Part shown: one piece after another, positions 37,401 to 46,540 of the stretch
Numbering within the stretch: position 1 is the stretch's first letter
Layout of the letters: each line of letters opens with the position of its first letter
IMG/VR virus record: IMGVR_UViG_3300044695_001206
Location: 3,411-67,410 of that record
Source: a virus
Direction: 5' to 3' (one strand)
Length of the DNA: 64,000 nt
The notes under the pieces: model-generated
The model's database searches: none
Told to the model about the DNA's origin: nothing
What the model saw: the letters and a program-made list of their open reading frames with translations, nothing else
Made by a program: the position numbers and the translations under genes

Positions 37401-40400
37401 TTCCATTTGTTCCTAAGAAACCGACAGCATATGGAATACCAGAACCTGTTGGGTCTAGATAATCCATAGTATCAAGGCTTCTTAAATCTCTATCTTGATA
37501 TAGAGCTGGAATAATAGGAGCAGCTTTTACAAGTGGCTTACCTTTTTTCCCAATAAATGGAATTCTATACTCAACACTATTAATGGAGAATAACTCGTTT
37601 TTAATAATTTCTAGACGCTCAAACTTATCAAAGCCAATCAAAGTTGAGTATGCATTTGTTCCAATTAGGTTTGCAATCTTTACTTGCAATGAAGTAAACT
37701 GAGCTTGCTTATAGTCTTTATAAGCATTAACCAAATCTACGACACCTTTTGTAAGGTTGCCATTTGCATCCACAAAGGTTCTCTTATCAGCCTTCATTAT
37801 AGACAAAGCAATAATAAAGCCGGGATCTTTTTTGGTATTACGGAAGATATTTACTTCAGCTTGTGTTAAGTGGAATGGCGTAGCATCGCTACCTTCAAGG
37901 GCATCATCAAGTGCCTTGTTATATTCTGTAGCGTTTTCTACTGTATTGAGTAACTTATGAAGCTTTGCATAAGCACCAGCTAGCTTTGGCATAGAAACAA
38001 AAGTATTTGTTTTTGATTCTATGTCTGTAATGCTGTCGATAATTTCTTTAGCAATCTTGTAGTGCGTAGAGTTATCAAACATTGCAGCAGCCAAGGTAAC
38101 ACTAGTAGCAATCTTATCCAATACTGATTGCAACCTAGATACCTGCATTGGTGTCAAGATACTCATAGCAGCTTCAGCTTCAGTAAAAAGAATCTTTGAG
38201 AAAGTTTCTACAAAGACTTCTTCTACATTCTGTAAATGATATCCATCTAAGAACTCAGTATTCAGAAGAGGATCTGGAGTTTCAGGTCTAAGCTGAATAA
38301 GCTCTGTTGTGTTTGCAAGAACAGATTGATTGTACAAGCGCAATGCTTGTAAGTAATTGCTTCCGCTTGTTTCATGTTCAAAGTAAGCGTGACCTAGCTC
38401 ATGCAACAATGCTTTTGCTTTTCGTGTTTTAACCGAAGCGGCTGTGCCTCTGAAACCACGGTTCATTACTATTACATTATTCTTTGCGCTAAACTGACCA
38501 ATAACACTAGGATCTACATTCCCATCTTTTCCTGTAATGCTGTCAACAATAAAGCGGACATTAAAAGCTCTAGAGTTGAAGTTTAGATGAACAACTGAAG
38601 CTAGTAACAAATCTCTGTCTGATACAGAAATCATGTCGTTATCGACCAGCTCATTTACATAGTTAAAGAACTTGAGTGCATTGTCTCTATTTCCTTCAAC
38701 CAGATCAACAAACTTTTCTGGGTCTTGAACAATAGCTTTAATTTTTCTAACACGATCTTTATCAAGCTTAGCTGCAATAAGAGCTTTTTGAGCTTCCTTG
38801 AAAGACCGTGAAACTCTAGAAACTTTTGGAGGTGCTTCACCAGCAATGCTTCTTCTTAGAGTATCAGCAGTCTCTTCACTGATATTACCAGTTAGCTTAT
38901 GTTCAATTACTGCTGCATCAAAAGTATCCAATACTTCTACTGGTACTTCTGGTTTGATTGCAGCTTCTCTATCTTGAGAAGTTGCAGCAGATCGTGCAGC
39001 CTCAAGAAGTCTAACAGACAACTCATCGGAGTCTGCTTTTCTTTCAGCAGCTGGCTTGGCAGTGTTTCGTGCTTCCTTTAGAAGCTCTGGTAAGTTTCGT
39101 GTAGACTTCTTCTTACCTTGTTCAAACTCTGCCTTGATAGCTTTAAACTCTTCTTTGGTTAGCTTCTTCTTAAGACGGCCAAACCAAGCTGAGCGACTCT
39201 TTTCTAGTTCATCGTAAACCCGTTCCCGCTCTTTTGGAAGACCGACAGCTTCTGTTTCTGCTTTCTTGGCATCTTCCAACATCTTCTTACCGTTGAACAA
39301 GACACGCATTTGGTCTTGAATTGACATTTGATCGAACTGCTCACCAGCTTCAATGAAGCGTTCGCTTCCCTGCTTAGTGGTTCGTCTGGCAAACTCAGTC
39401 ATAACCTCAAAGATATTGCGGACAGCTCTGTTAGGAGCTACTCGGGCAACATACTCTGGAACTGTTTCGCCTTCGTATCGTCGTGTGCCAGCATCTTCTG
39501 GTGTAGCTCGGGCTGCATCAGGAGATCTAGCTGCTTCTCTTGTTTCTGCGCGATCAACTCTAGCTTCGGTATCAGCAGCTAGCTTTTCAGGAGTTACTTC
39601 TGTATTTTCAATTACAGACTCCATAGTAGCCTTTTCAACAACAGGAGCATCAATCAATGCGCGTTCTCTGCGATTGAAGACACCTCTAATATTGTCAATA
39701 CTGTTACCTAGTGGGGTAGATTCAAAAGTAAATCGCTTATCTGCAATGTTTCTGAATCCAGTCTTTGGATCAATAAGAACACCAGACAACCGATTATTGA
39801 CAGCTCCAATGCCGCTGCGTAGAAGACCACCACCCAAACCAAACACACCACCGAAGAGTGCGCCTGATTCTAAAGCGGATGTAGCCATCATAGAAGCATT
39901 GTAATCCATCATTGCATTAGGGTTGGCATATAAAGTAGCAGCACCGAAAGCAATCTCTCGCTTCTGTCTGGCATACTCAGATAAACCCCCTTGTACAGCA
40001 CCAAAGGTAAATGATGCAGCTGCTCCACGGATAAGACCAAAGTTAGCTACATACGAAGGCATGATGCCTAGTGGTAGTTTATATAAAGTCTCAGTGGTAT
40101 AAGCTGTAGCTCGTAGAGCGCGACCTGTAAATGAAGCAGCGTCATAAGCTTTCTTAAGTCTTAGGAATAATGAAGTGCCTCCCAAAGCAGTAGTAGCTGC
40201 AGAAGCTGCAACGCCACCAGCAACTGCACCAGCAGCTGTACCGGGTGGGCCACCTATGAAAGTACCAGCAAGAGCAGAGACACCCATCAAAGTCAGTTCA
40301 GCTGTTGCGCTAGGAATTGTATCTGGGCTGTTAATCATGCCACCAACAAAAGTATCACGAAGCAATCTGAATTTATCAGCAGTTGTTGGAGTGTATGTAG

Positions 40401-41232
40401 CCATCCTACGCTGCATATCAGTTGAGTTTAACTGAGCCATAATCCGCATCATGGCATGATCAGCATTAGGAGAATCAGCAATAAAATCCTGAGTAATACC
40501 ATTCTCTAATAGATATTGCGATACAATGTCATCAGAGAACTTTCCATAATACCAAGAACGAGAATCAAAGTTTGGGTCTTCTCTATTGAGAACCTTTTCA
40601 ATATCTTTAGTATCACCAGCTAATTCTTGATCGGCAAAGTAACCAGTAAGCCCAAAGACATCCTGAGCCATCATCTGGTCAATCCAATCGAAGCCTAGCT
40701 TTTCGGTTGCTTTATTCTGTGCTTCTGAATAAGCAATCTTAGCAGTTAGATCTCTAATCTGCTTTTGTCTATCAGATAGCTGGTCGTAGGAGAGGGTAGA
40801 AACATCTACCCCCTCCTCGGCCTCCAGCATCATGTTTAGACTCTTTAGATCTGCATCAATGGCTTCTTTGGTAAGCTCTGAGTCTCCATAACGGAGAGGT
40901 GTCAAAGGAGCCTTACCAATAAACTGTCGCCATGTTGCACCCTTTGTGGGATCATTGGCAATACCAAGAATGCCATCTGATACACCAGTAAGGTTTCCTT
41001 CCATAGCACCAAGAGCTTGTGTCAGTGCGTAGTACTGGTTATAAGTTTCTACTTTCTTGATATCACCTCTTGTATAAGCAAGAGGATTGGTCAAGTTTGA
41101 TGGATCTAGAAACTCTAGATTATCTCCATCATAAGCAGCCAGTACCTGACCGGGCGCATAAGCATTTAGTCTTAGCGGCCCAGCCGTAGGTGTTTCTGGA
41201 ACAATAGGAAAACCTTCAGAGAAATTTAACAT
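31456..41232 (-). CDS. Giant internal virion/ejection protein (gp16-like, 3258 aa) with zincin motif and sigma/HTH-like segment
   Basis: Size and position after gp14-like gene; Gly/Ala-rich hydrophobic N-terminal segment; LLHELGH...EEVFVE; helical HTH-like segment near 36260-36400. Confidence 0.75.
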   Translation of the reverse strand: MLNFSEGFPIVPETPTAGPLRLNAYAPGQVLAAYDGDNLEFLDPSNLTNPLAYTRGDIKKVETYNQYYALTQALGAMEGNLTGVSDGILGIANDPTKGATWRQFIGKAPLTPLRYGDSELTKEAIDADLKSLNMMLEAEEGVDVSTLSYDQLSDRQKQIRDLTAKIAYSEAQNKATEKLGFDWIDQMMAQDVFGLTGYFADQELAGDTKDIEKVLNREDPNFDSRSWYYGKFSDDIVSQYLLENGITQDFIADSPNADHAMMRIMAQLNSTDMQRRMATYTPTTADKFRLLRDTFVGGMINSPDTIPSATAELTLMGVSALAGTFIGGPPGTAAGAVAGGVAASAATTALGGTSLFLRLKKAYDAASFTGRALRATAYTTETLYKLPLGIMPSYVANFGLIRGAAASFTFGAVQGGLSEYARQKREIAFGAATLYANPNAMMDYNASMMATSALESGALFGGVFGLGGGLLRSGIGAVNNRLSGVLIDPKTGFRNIADKRFTFESTPLGNSIDNIRGVFNRRERALIDAPVVEKATMESVIENTEVTPEKLAADTEARVDRAETREAARSPDAARATPEDAGTRRYEGETVPEYVARVAPNRAVRNIFEVMTEFARRTTKQGSERFIEAGEQFDQMSIQDQMRVLFNGKKMLEDAKKAETEAVGLPKERERVYDELEKSRSAWFGRLKKKLTKEEFKAIKAEFEQGKKKSTRNLPELLKEARNTAKPAAERKADSDELSVRLLEAARSAATSQDREAAIKPEVPVEVLDTFDAAVIEHKLTGNISEETADTLRRSIAGEAPPKVSRVSRSFKEAQKALIAAKLDKDRVRKIKAIVQDPEKFVDLVEGNRDNALKFFNYVNELVDNDMISVSDRDLLLASVVHLNFNSRAFNVRFIVDSITGKDGNVDPSVIGQFSAKNNVIVMNRGFRGTAASVKTRKAKALLHELGHAYFEHETSGSNYLQALRLYNQSVLANTTELIQLRPETPDPLLNTEFLDGYHLQNVEEVFVETFSKILFTEAEAAMSILTPMQVSRLQSVLDKIATSVTLAAAMFDNSTHYKIAKEIIDSITDIESKTNTFVSMPKLAGAYAKLHKLLNTVENATEYNKALDDALEGSDATPFHLTQAEVNIFRNTKKDPGFIIALSIMKADKRTFVDANGNLTKGVVDLVNAYKDYKQAQFTSLQVKIANLIGTNAYSTLIGFDKFERLEIIKNELFSINSVEYRIPFIGKKGKPLVKAAPIIPALYQDRDLRSLDTMDYLDPTGSGIPYAVGFLGTNGNVLIEALASTRSSGKGLTPSSLSDIEADALIGVLRQDTALNTSLIDKLRIYLDNVGLPELSDMVVEAHHKSFIDNMKEEGVFSVSITDADKPAPQWPNKDVANTSLGLMLKEKLTLEQIQVLLKSNLSSSMYSYLVKSYKTPKKLVGAVSKLLEEDGLVLNEDTQTWGIKLTKSKKGAIAEAQKEAVTFETTVLTKDNLVDIVSQIIKKASRGETSDNFFVEAATSMIVPRPDKEEVGENAFAGNLELVLSKIEDGSLKTARNLIGYIHTTAANLKKPKKTGKRKTESLYTEQGTLKEGDKPPRITAADRITTTDKETRATIFSDIIEYNTATNGRILTEQEIKLIGTFMTSNSMEEAAAQLKVSTRTAGNYRTKLLAKITDIFEQTAVKMNSSKDEIITALNKHFDTVEAKVNKAKPSEPADVLKKVTKKKPKTEKSPVDAGALMAQTAAIAEKLKNKNPAPVPVPVPKDTEAVVYRVTDEVTGNAPDPVLRPAEQADAIIQGSSTASKEAVQFTPKRPLKMEVESSTELSKQPEKLAKIMKSADRLGMDALVFKDGSIIPVKIEDVKPIGETVIKKEPDAEPTVVITTDNKKPVLSVISKERKPQPKKQDFPVKVEKKKVPKKKPQPKAESKTMEPSTPRIPLPPKKEVPVEKTESEVVKTPEADRVERKVNEDPKLLRQSGMDVGFLKNFLKKYWESKIEADGGETMTPMFKKMWSHFVNVNQFIADANKRILGDDIMDKFWAAVDRIKADELRLKVTEGPGSAKKLKSYRQILEQAAKEVAVEGKPDFVIPMLPDEVKFIKTDEAGNYRMSARSKKTKVIIDTAGEDPVIAGPPKPDAVLRDVADAPAEDKPVVVEAEPPTPKEKVIGKAIDQTEAGASRLMRLNNLVGWVFGGNQRESRSWWENLMNKGVNASQSATGLGNTLRSTVDALAFVSRFFDDTKTQTGHLVGAGKTAFKTAMQLRAEEGRLMTRIFREYARMHNIVPRMTNATKAALDMYVYECLFMNRQPNKADLVALGIPAYKAEEVVKQASMVLKASRIANRNILDLESQTGRMSIVDENGNPVSSDTYAPVQLDHEGLSRLDQGARSKLLAAMVQARTNRKLKDPILDINTMIAMGWLDVAYNEDAKTLSIFTPDRVFKHAEMANMFSNETLQKLFVADMAKEGITGNKADIVRLLRKNQQEKFFVLETDTKYTVYRVPEKITDLAPADKAKYIEAVNGNTAMYIDRWRTKLNGKNLIEVEMKEMLKFKTKQYPYNNPDDFNSITKQPFFKIDPDGKTILPIKGLTPEEMLSSPETKAILRTNMAESYFYFLKGRYFELAFQKELDRMFGQTGITILDVFDYVEKTGYENFDTMAAAMNWTPQELSNAQKGLAEGLKRLREEYQFNADTLPYLNAETGHSARIGLAAIRFKFSAGYGISAMTETMAELAKQSPEFYMIPINIIKALRYVLADYRFSKRRLLESDIGDMSFVLENFRTDLANRFMGEIGYGAFKSDSRLDTKVASTISNIKDGQGGLEKATRTFEEAGKWMQSIGSLQAVTNGTRALAKQRIQRMIWKYVSKGKVEALFDALEETATATELAELKKAAATDSRAEAKLWKKFASVARHQAKFGDPNEAALFLKYGLTTKEQIRHLKWVMEKAGHKDGRTNILNLMDIHEDLRDNPVDGINPDILESAISAYAQMVEDLIIKTSTSELKGLNKLTALDARSPLGRMWYALTSWVRSYQDNVVLDYGSRSTIKYIASGIFLYAALDTMIGLFKEWLAGRETEDMLQELEDQPGQYVLRGVSRVPFLGIANGLIEAGVSTVAGMTGGTYKYYGVPLMPAGAGAGMGAIETDYRNIQKVIQDPISARSLKATSDLFGVTSLVNRSPVAIPVRMLEDMNTFKEMDAIQRYLDMVQRDPYPYSKRSQSQFKPIQLDYTTTPRNYALEQQQANEAMQREMSMRQTMPRPESNNTFPMVEDQKGVSERLGELLE

Positions 41233-41272
41233 TAGTTAGTTCCTTTCTGGGAGCTTTGCGCCATAAATAGGA

Positions 41273-44200
41273 TTAAGCGATTCGTTCGTTTGTTTCTGGA
41301 ATTACTACAGCTACGGAGTTGAAAATATCTTTAATAGCTTTTCTATAATAATCGTTTTCTGGAAAAGCTTTAAACATTAAATTCCAAATATGATAGCCAG
41401 ATCTTTTTGACTTATGTTTTTCTTCTTGGTGTTTTGAAAGTGTTTCAAACATTTCACCAATATCTTCAAATGTTGCTGTTTCTGGCTTAAACGATTTATT
41501 AGTAAGTAAATAATAATCTGCTTTAGCTTCGGCCAACCACACAGGCATTTCTACTTCGCTAAACACATATCTCAAATACTCTATACCTTTATTCTGTGCT
41601 TCTATATCATCGGGATATTCTTTTTTAAACTCAGCCCAAACTTCGTGTGTAAGATTATTCCAAAAACGGTTTATTTTTCTAATATGAAGAGGTTGTGCAG
41701 TATGTGATAGTTCATGTAGCATTGATGTACTATCCGTTTGCCCTTGTATATCAAACCATATCCAACTTCCTTTTTCTCTATCTGGTACTGCCATACCCTC
41801 AGCGTTTAAATCTTTATCAGTAGTATATACTGGTATTTTTCTATCTAGTACCGTTTCTTTATATAAAGGAAGACTGGTTTCAGAAACTCCTGCTATATTT
41901 TTATTTGTTTCCCTAAACTTTAATGCTTGTTTAAAAAGCTCTTCTGCTTTTTCTTTTCCATATATTTTTTCATAACTTTCTCGTAATGTTTTAGTATATG
42001 CAAATTTAAATTCAAAGCCAGAGTATTTTCGTGGTTTTCTTAAATTTGCTTCATTTTTATTTTCTTCTATAGCTTTTCTCATATCTGAAACTATAGTTTG
42101 TCCTAAATCAGACAATACCGTAACTACTTTAGAAATATCTGCTTTTGAAGTTTCTATTAGTTTTCTTTCAGTTCTTTCTGTTTCTTCAGCTTGTTGTTGT
42201 TGTAACATATCGGCAATCATACTAACTCTTGTTGAGACTGCATTCTTGCCGGGACGGGTAAAGTACCCATCTGGTTTTAAAGTCAAAGCAAAGAAATTAC
42301 GCTTAATCATAGCCAATGCGTTTGGATCTTTAGCAATTGCCATTGCTTCTTCTTTAGTTATAGTTTCTTGTGCAGATATGATAGCTTGATGAAGTTCATC
42401 AGCAAACTGATTTGTTTTAAAAGAATCCATTACAAACTGGTCATCTGAAATGGTTTCTAGTGCTGCGTTGAGCTGCTCCATTTCTGACTTATCTTTAAAC
42501 TCTGTAGATGCTAAAACTCTAATTTGATACTCTAGCTCTAAAGGAGTAAACTTTAAGCTTTTAATCTTTGTCCAAGATGATTGTGTTAGACCACTAGAAG
42601 TAATTGAATTATAATCAAAATCAGCCGTCTTAACAAAGTTAACTAAGTTAAAAGCTTTTTCTGGAATCGTAATACTATCATTAGCAGGAATATTAGTCCT
42701 ACGCAATAAAGCCGTATCATCATTACCAAAGATTTTAGGGAACCATTTTGTTGGATCTTGTCTAATACTTTCTTGACGATACATAGTAATAGCATCTGGA
42801 TAATTACCAAGTAATACCTGTCTCATAGACATTCTAGGATCAGTAGCCGACTTTAGTAGCTGCTCAAATTGAGGAGCATACTTTAGCAACTCTTGTTCTG
42901 ACATAGTTTTATTTAAGATGGTTTCAAGTTCTGGGTAAACAGACTTAAATTGTTTTTTAGTTTCTATACCACTAGACTGCCACCATCTACGAACATTATC
43001 AATAAGATCTGTAATTGAGTATTCTTTGTTTAACCAAGATTTAGATGCTTGATTTTTAGCCCAAGCTTCTGGACTAGACCGTTCAGTTGCAGGCCAAACA
43101 TCCATATCCATATTAAAGTTGGATAAATCATTTATGATTCTATCAAAAGTTGTTTTTTCTTTTAGTTTAGAGTGTCCGGGTAAAAAGTATTGTTCAGGTA
43201 TTTCAGCTGGTTTAAACGGAAAACTATTATGTTCTAAATAAATTTTACCCCAATCAATAAAGCGGAAGTCATTAAACGACTTTAGATCAGTATCATAAGA
43301 ATACTTCATAAACTCTTTATGAAAACTTTCTAGCTGTTCTGCTGGTATAGTTGATGGTCTAGATAGCTCAGCAATACCATTTGAGCTTGGCATCTTCTTA
43401 TCAACAAAGAAAGACTTCTTTGCTTTTTCAACCCTGTCTTGTTTAGCTTTAAACTTACCAATTTCAGACTCCACAACTTCCTGTGGCTTTGATGAATCAA
43501 TAACCATAGTGAAATCTTTTGTTGCCTGATCTGGAGTAAACATATAGTAGTTACCGTCTTTCTTGTACAAGTTTAAACCTTGGTTAAGACGATCAAAGAC
43601 CCCATTATAGAATGCTGTACTAGAAGGCTCATAAAGAATAATGCCTTTTTTATTTCCCTCTTTACCTAAGAAATCTTCTGCGGTAGACTTAGTAATAAAC
43701 TCTAAGCTTGATTGTCTACCACTAACTAATTCTTTATTTTCACCATATACTTTCATAGCATTAAAAATATAACCCATGAAATCAACTTGGGTCTTAGCTC
43801 CATTTGCTACTGCTTTATCATATAGGATTCGGAGATTCTCTTCAGTAAACAAAGCTTTATTTTTATCATAGATCTGCTTACCATCTGGAGTAATTGCTAC
43901 TTCCCAAGCAAGCTCTTGAACATCAGTTAGTTGAGGATCAGACTTAACAATATCGTGGAAAGCTACATTGTTCTGAGTAAAGAATGTTAATGCTCTTTCA
44001 AAAGAAGACAATGGTTCATTTATAGTAGTAAAGATAACTGCTCTAGCTGGTAGATAAGATTCATTTACTTGATCAAATACCTGAGGTGGAGTCATTGTTC
44101 CAGTATTTGGAACTGTCTCAACATCATAAGATACTGGCGAAATATCATAGTCTCCAGCTTCTGCTTCTAGATATCTATCTAAACCAGAATTGAATTCTTT

Positions 44201-46540
44201 TGATACATCTCCTGATCGGTCTGTTTGAGAAGGAATAAAGATTAAAGGCATACCATCCGCTGTTCGTGGGGTAATAGCACCTAGTTCTCTAGATCCTCTG
44301 ACAGTCATTACATCTTTATAATCTGTGCCTGATACACCCTTGATCTCATTAAACTTAATTGGAAGACCTCCGCGTGGAGTACCAATAAAGTTATAGTTCT
44401 GTTGGGTAACATCAAGATCAGCTTGTAACCACGGAGCAGCACCCTGCTCAGTCATTACTGGAAGATCATCATAGACGATCTTAGCATAAGCGAGTCGCTC
44501 ATCAAAAGATGGTCGTGTCACATCGCTAATGCTAGGAGCCATACCACGCTTTTCCATTGCTGTTGGTGTGGAAGCAATAACTAAACGCATAAGCTCAACT
44601 AAAGGTATTTGACTGCGAATGCGTTCGCCTCTTTCGCCTCTCTTTGTATAGATAGCTCCATTAACCAAAGCTGTAAATACTTCAGTATCTAACTTTGGGC
44701 TAATCTGTCTTGCAAAGCGTAGTGAAACATCTTCAAGATTTTCTCCAGTTACATTACCTGTCCAGTTTGTACTGAACAAGTGAGCACCAACCAAAGCTTT
44801 ATTTTGTTCTTTAGTTGCTATAGCTTTATCGTTTGAAGTAAGTCTTTCTCTTTTTTCTTCGGGTAAACCAGCAAGCTTAGGTGTGCTTAGTAGACGCTCT
44901 CTAGCTCCACTAAAGTACATTAAGTTAGGTGTATAGATAACATTTGGTATACCAGTAGCTTCATTTGGAAGAACCAAATAGCCTTCCCGCTTAATATGTT
45001 CTTTTAACAGTTGAGTCATATCAGCATTTTTGCGGTCTGGATTATCTCTATAGAGATTTTCATTAGCATCCATAATAGCTGTGATTCTAGCAACCATAGG
45101 AATAAGCGCAGGGTTCTGAGTAAGCAAAGCTGATGCCGACATCTCAGGAGTTTCATCAACTAAGTTCTGACCAGTAGTTGTAAAAGATAATGCATCTTCT
45201 TCTAAACCTAAGTTAAACTCTGCAGCTATACCATTAAGGACTGTTGTTAGTTCTTCATACTTAGTTACTTCTGTTGGATTCTCTGCAACATTGTAAAGAG
45301 TTGCACCAGACCGTAGCTTTTGGATACGACCCCAAGTTCCTTTTAGCATCTCCCGGTTAAGACCAGTGATCTGAGGAAGCTGTGTTAACTCAAAGCCATT
45401 CTTAATATGCATGCGCATCATAGATAGTTTAATCTTTTGTCCTTCATCAAGACCTTCGATTCTATCTATTGCATTCTCTGATAAATGATCTGGAACATTA
45501 GCAAAAGCTGTTGCCACATAAGCAGCCATACCATTGTTTGGTTGTTCTGTTTCAACAACATCTTTTATCATTCGTTCCATATCTAAAGTAAATTGACCAC
45601 TAGAATTCATTACAGCACTATAAGGCCCATATGAAAAATTATCTATATCAACCAATCTTTTAAAGTCATCGGGTGATTGTAATGCATCAATATACTGTGG
45701 TTGGAAATACCATTTACCATCTTCTCTTTTAACAACAGGTGAATTTACTTCGCCTGTCATTGGATCGGAAATAGTTAGCTGACTCCAGTTACCAGACATG
45801 TCTTTTTCAAATCCTATTATTGGTAGGTTTGGATTTTCTGGGTGTGCAGGAAGAGGGAATGCTCCCAAAAATACTTGTGGTTGGATCTTTGAATCTCTTA
45901 CACCAGCACCATTCTTCCAAGCAGCATAACCTTCTTCTTCCTTTACTGCACCATTAATAACTCTTTGTGTTTCATAAAGAAGTTTATTTGCAAACTTATC
46001 AATATCTCGTAGAGAGCTTCGTGATGTCAGCGCTAGTTCTTGATACTTAAGACCAAGACTAGTTATATCTAAATCCTCAGCAAAATAATTAGCACTACCT
46101 AAAACATTAATAGCTTCGTCTTTAAAACTTTCTTTTGTCTTTTGGATCTCTGTTACTAAATCATTAATTACTTTGCTATTAGGCGGTCTTTTTTCTTTAT
46201 CGGCATTATAAATCTCAGTACTCTGCTGGAGATAGAAATCATCCAGTGTACTCTGATATTTATCCTTAAGTTCTACTACACCATTTCTTTTGGAAGTAAT
46301 AAGGTAGTCTAGAACATTTTCATAAGTTTGTGCAGCTAGTTGAGAAGCGTTTTGACCTAGAGTATACCAATCAATATTGGCAGCTTCAATTCCAATCTGC
46401 TGCTGTGCAAACTGTACTTGACCTTCCTGATAAACATTGGCAACTTCAGGAGGAGTAAATCCAGCCTGTGGGCCTGTCTCAAAGATAGTCTGCTGTAGTG
46501 GCTCTAGTCCACCACCCATTTGATTATTCCGTTGTGCCAT
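41273..46540 (-). CDS. Large internal virion protein (1755 aa) with C-terminal HExxH zincin-like domain
   Basis: Position in the core-protein cluster; MLHELSHTAQ...EM motif near the C-terminus. Confidence 0.7.
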   Translation of the reverse strand: MAQRNNQMGGGLEPLQQTIFETGPQAGFTPPEVANVYQEGQVQFAQQQIGIEAANIDWYTLGQNASQLAAQTYENVLDYLITSKRNGVVELKDKYQSTLDDFYLQQSTEIYNADKEKRPPNSKVINDLVTEIQKTKESFKDEAINVLGSANYFAEDLDITSLGLKYQELALTSRSSLRDIDKFANKLLYETQRVINGAVKEEEGYAAWKNGAGVRDSKIQPQVFLGAFPLPAHPENPNLPIIGFEKDMSGNWSQLTISDPMTGEVNSPVVKREDGKWYFQPQYIDALQSPDDFKRLVDIDNFSYGPYSAVMNSSGQFTLDMERMIKDVVETEQPNNGMAAYVATAFANVPDHLSENAIDRIEGLDEGQKIKLSMMRMHIKNGFELTQLPQITGLNREMLKGTWGRIQKLRSGATLYNVAENPTEVTKYEELTTVLNGIAAEFNLGLEEDALSFTTTGQNLVDETPEMSASALLTQNPALIPMVARITAIMDANENLYRDNPDRKNADMTQLLKEHIKREGYLVLPNEATGIPNVIYTPNLMYFSGARERLLSTPKLAGLPEEKRERLTSNDKAIATKEQNKALVGAHLFSTNWTGNVTGENLEDVSLRFARQISPKLDTEVFTALVNGAIYTKRGERGERIRSQIPLVELMRLVIASTPTAMEKRGMAPSISDVTRPSFDERLAYAKIVYDDLPVMTEQGAAPWLQADLDVTQQNYNFIGTPRGGLPIKFNEIKGVSGTDYKDVMTVRGSRELGAITPRTADGMPLIFIPSQTDRSGDVSKEFNSGLDRYLEAEAGDYDISPVSYDVETVPNTGTMTPPQVFDQVNESYLPARAVIFTTINEPLSSFERALTFFTQNNVAFHDIVKSDPQLTDVQELAWEVAITPDGKQIYDKNKALFTEENLRILYDKAVANGAKTQVDFMGYIFNAMKVYGENKELVSGRQSSLEFITKSTAEDFLGKEGNKKGIILYEPSSTAFYNGVFDRLNQGLNLYKKDGNYYMFTPDQATKDFTMVIDSSKPQEVVESEIGKFKAKQDRVEKAKKSFFVDKKMPSSNGIAELSRPSTIPAEQLESFHKEFMKYSYDTDLKSFNDFRFIDWGKIYLEHNSFPFKPAEIPEQYFLPGHSKLKEKTTFDRIINDLSNFNMDMDVWPATERSSPEAWAKNQASKSWLNKEYSITDLIDNVRRWWQSSGIETKKQFKSVYPELETILNKTMSEQELLKYAPQFEQLLKSATDPRMSMRQVLLGNYPDAITMYRQESIRQDPTKWFPKIFGNDDTALLRRTNIPANDSITIPEKAFNLVNFVKTADFDYNSITSSGLTQSSWTKIKSLKFTPLELEYQIRVLASTEFKDKSEMEQLNAALETISDDQFVMDSFKTNQFADELHQAIISAQETITKEEAMAIAKDPNALAMIKRNFFALTLKPDGYFTRPGKNAVSTRVSMIADMLQQQQAEETERTERKLIETSKADISKVVTVLSDLGQTIVSDMRKAIEENKNEANLRKPRKYSGFEFKFAYTKTLRESYEKIYGKEKAEELFKQALKFRETNKNIAGVSETSLPLYKETVLDRKIPVYTTDKDLNAEGMAVPDREKGSWIWFDIQGQTDSTSMLHELSHTAQPLHIRKINRFWNNLTHEVWAEFKKEYPDDIEAQNKGIEYLRYVFSEVEMPVWLAEAKADYYLLTNKSFKPETATFEDIGEMFETLSKHQEEKHKSKRSGYHIWNLMFKAFPENDYYRKAIKDIFNSVAVVIPETNERIA

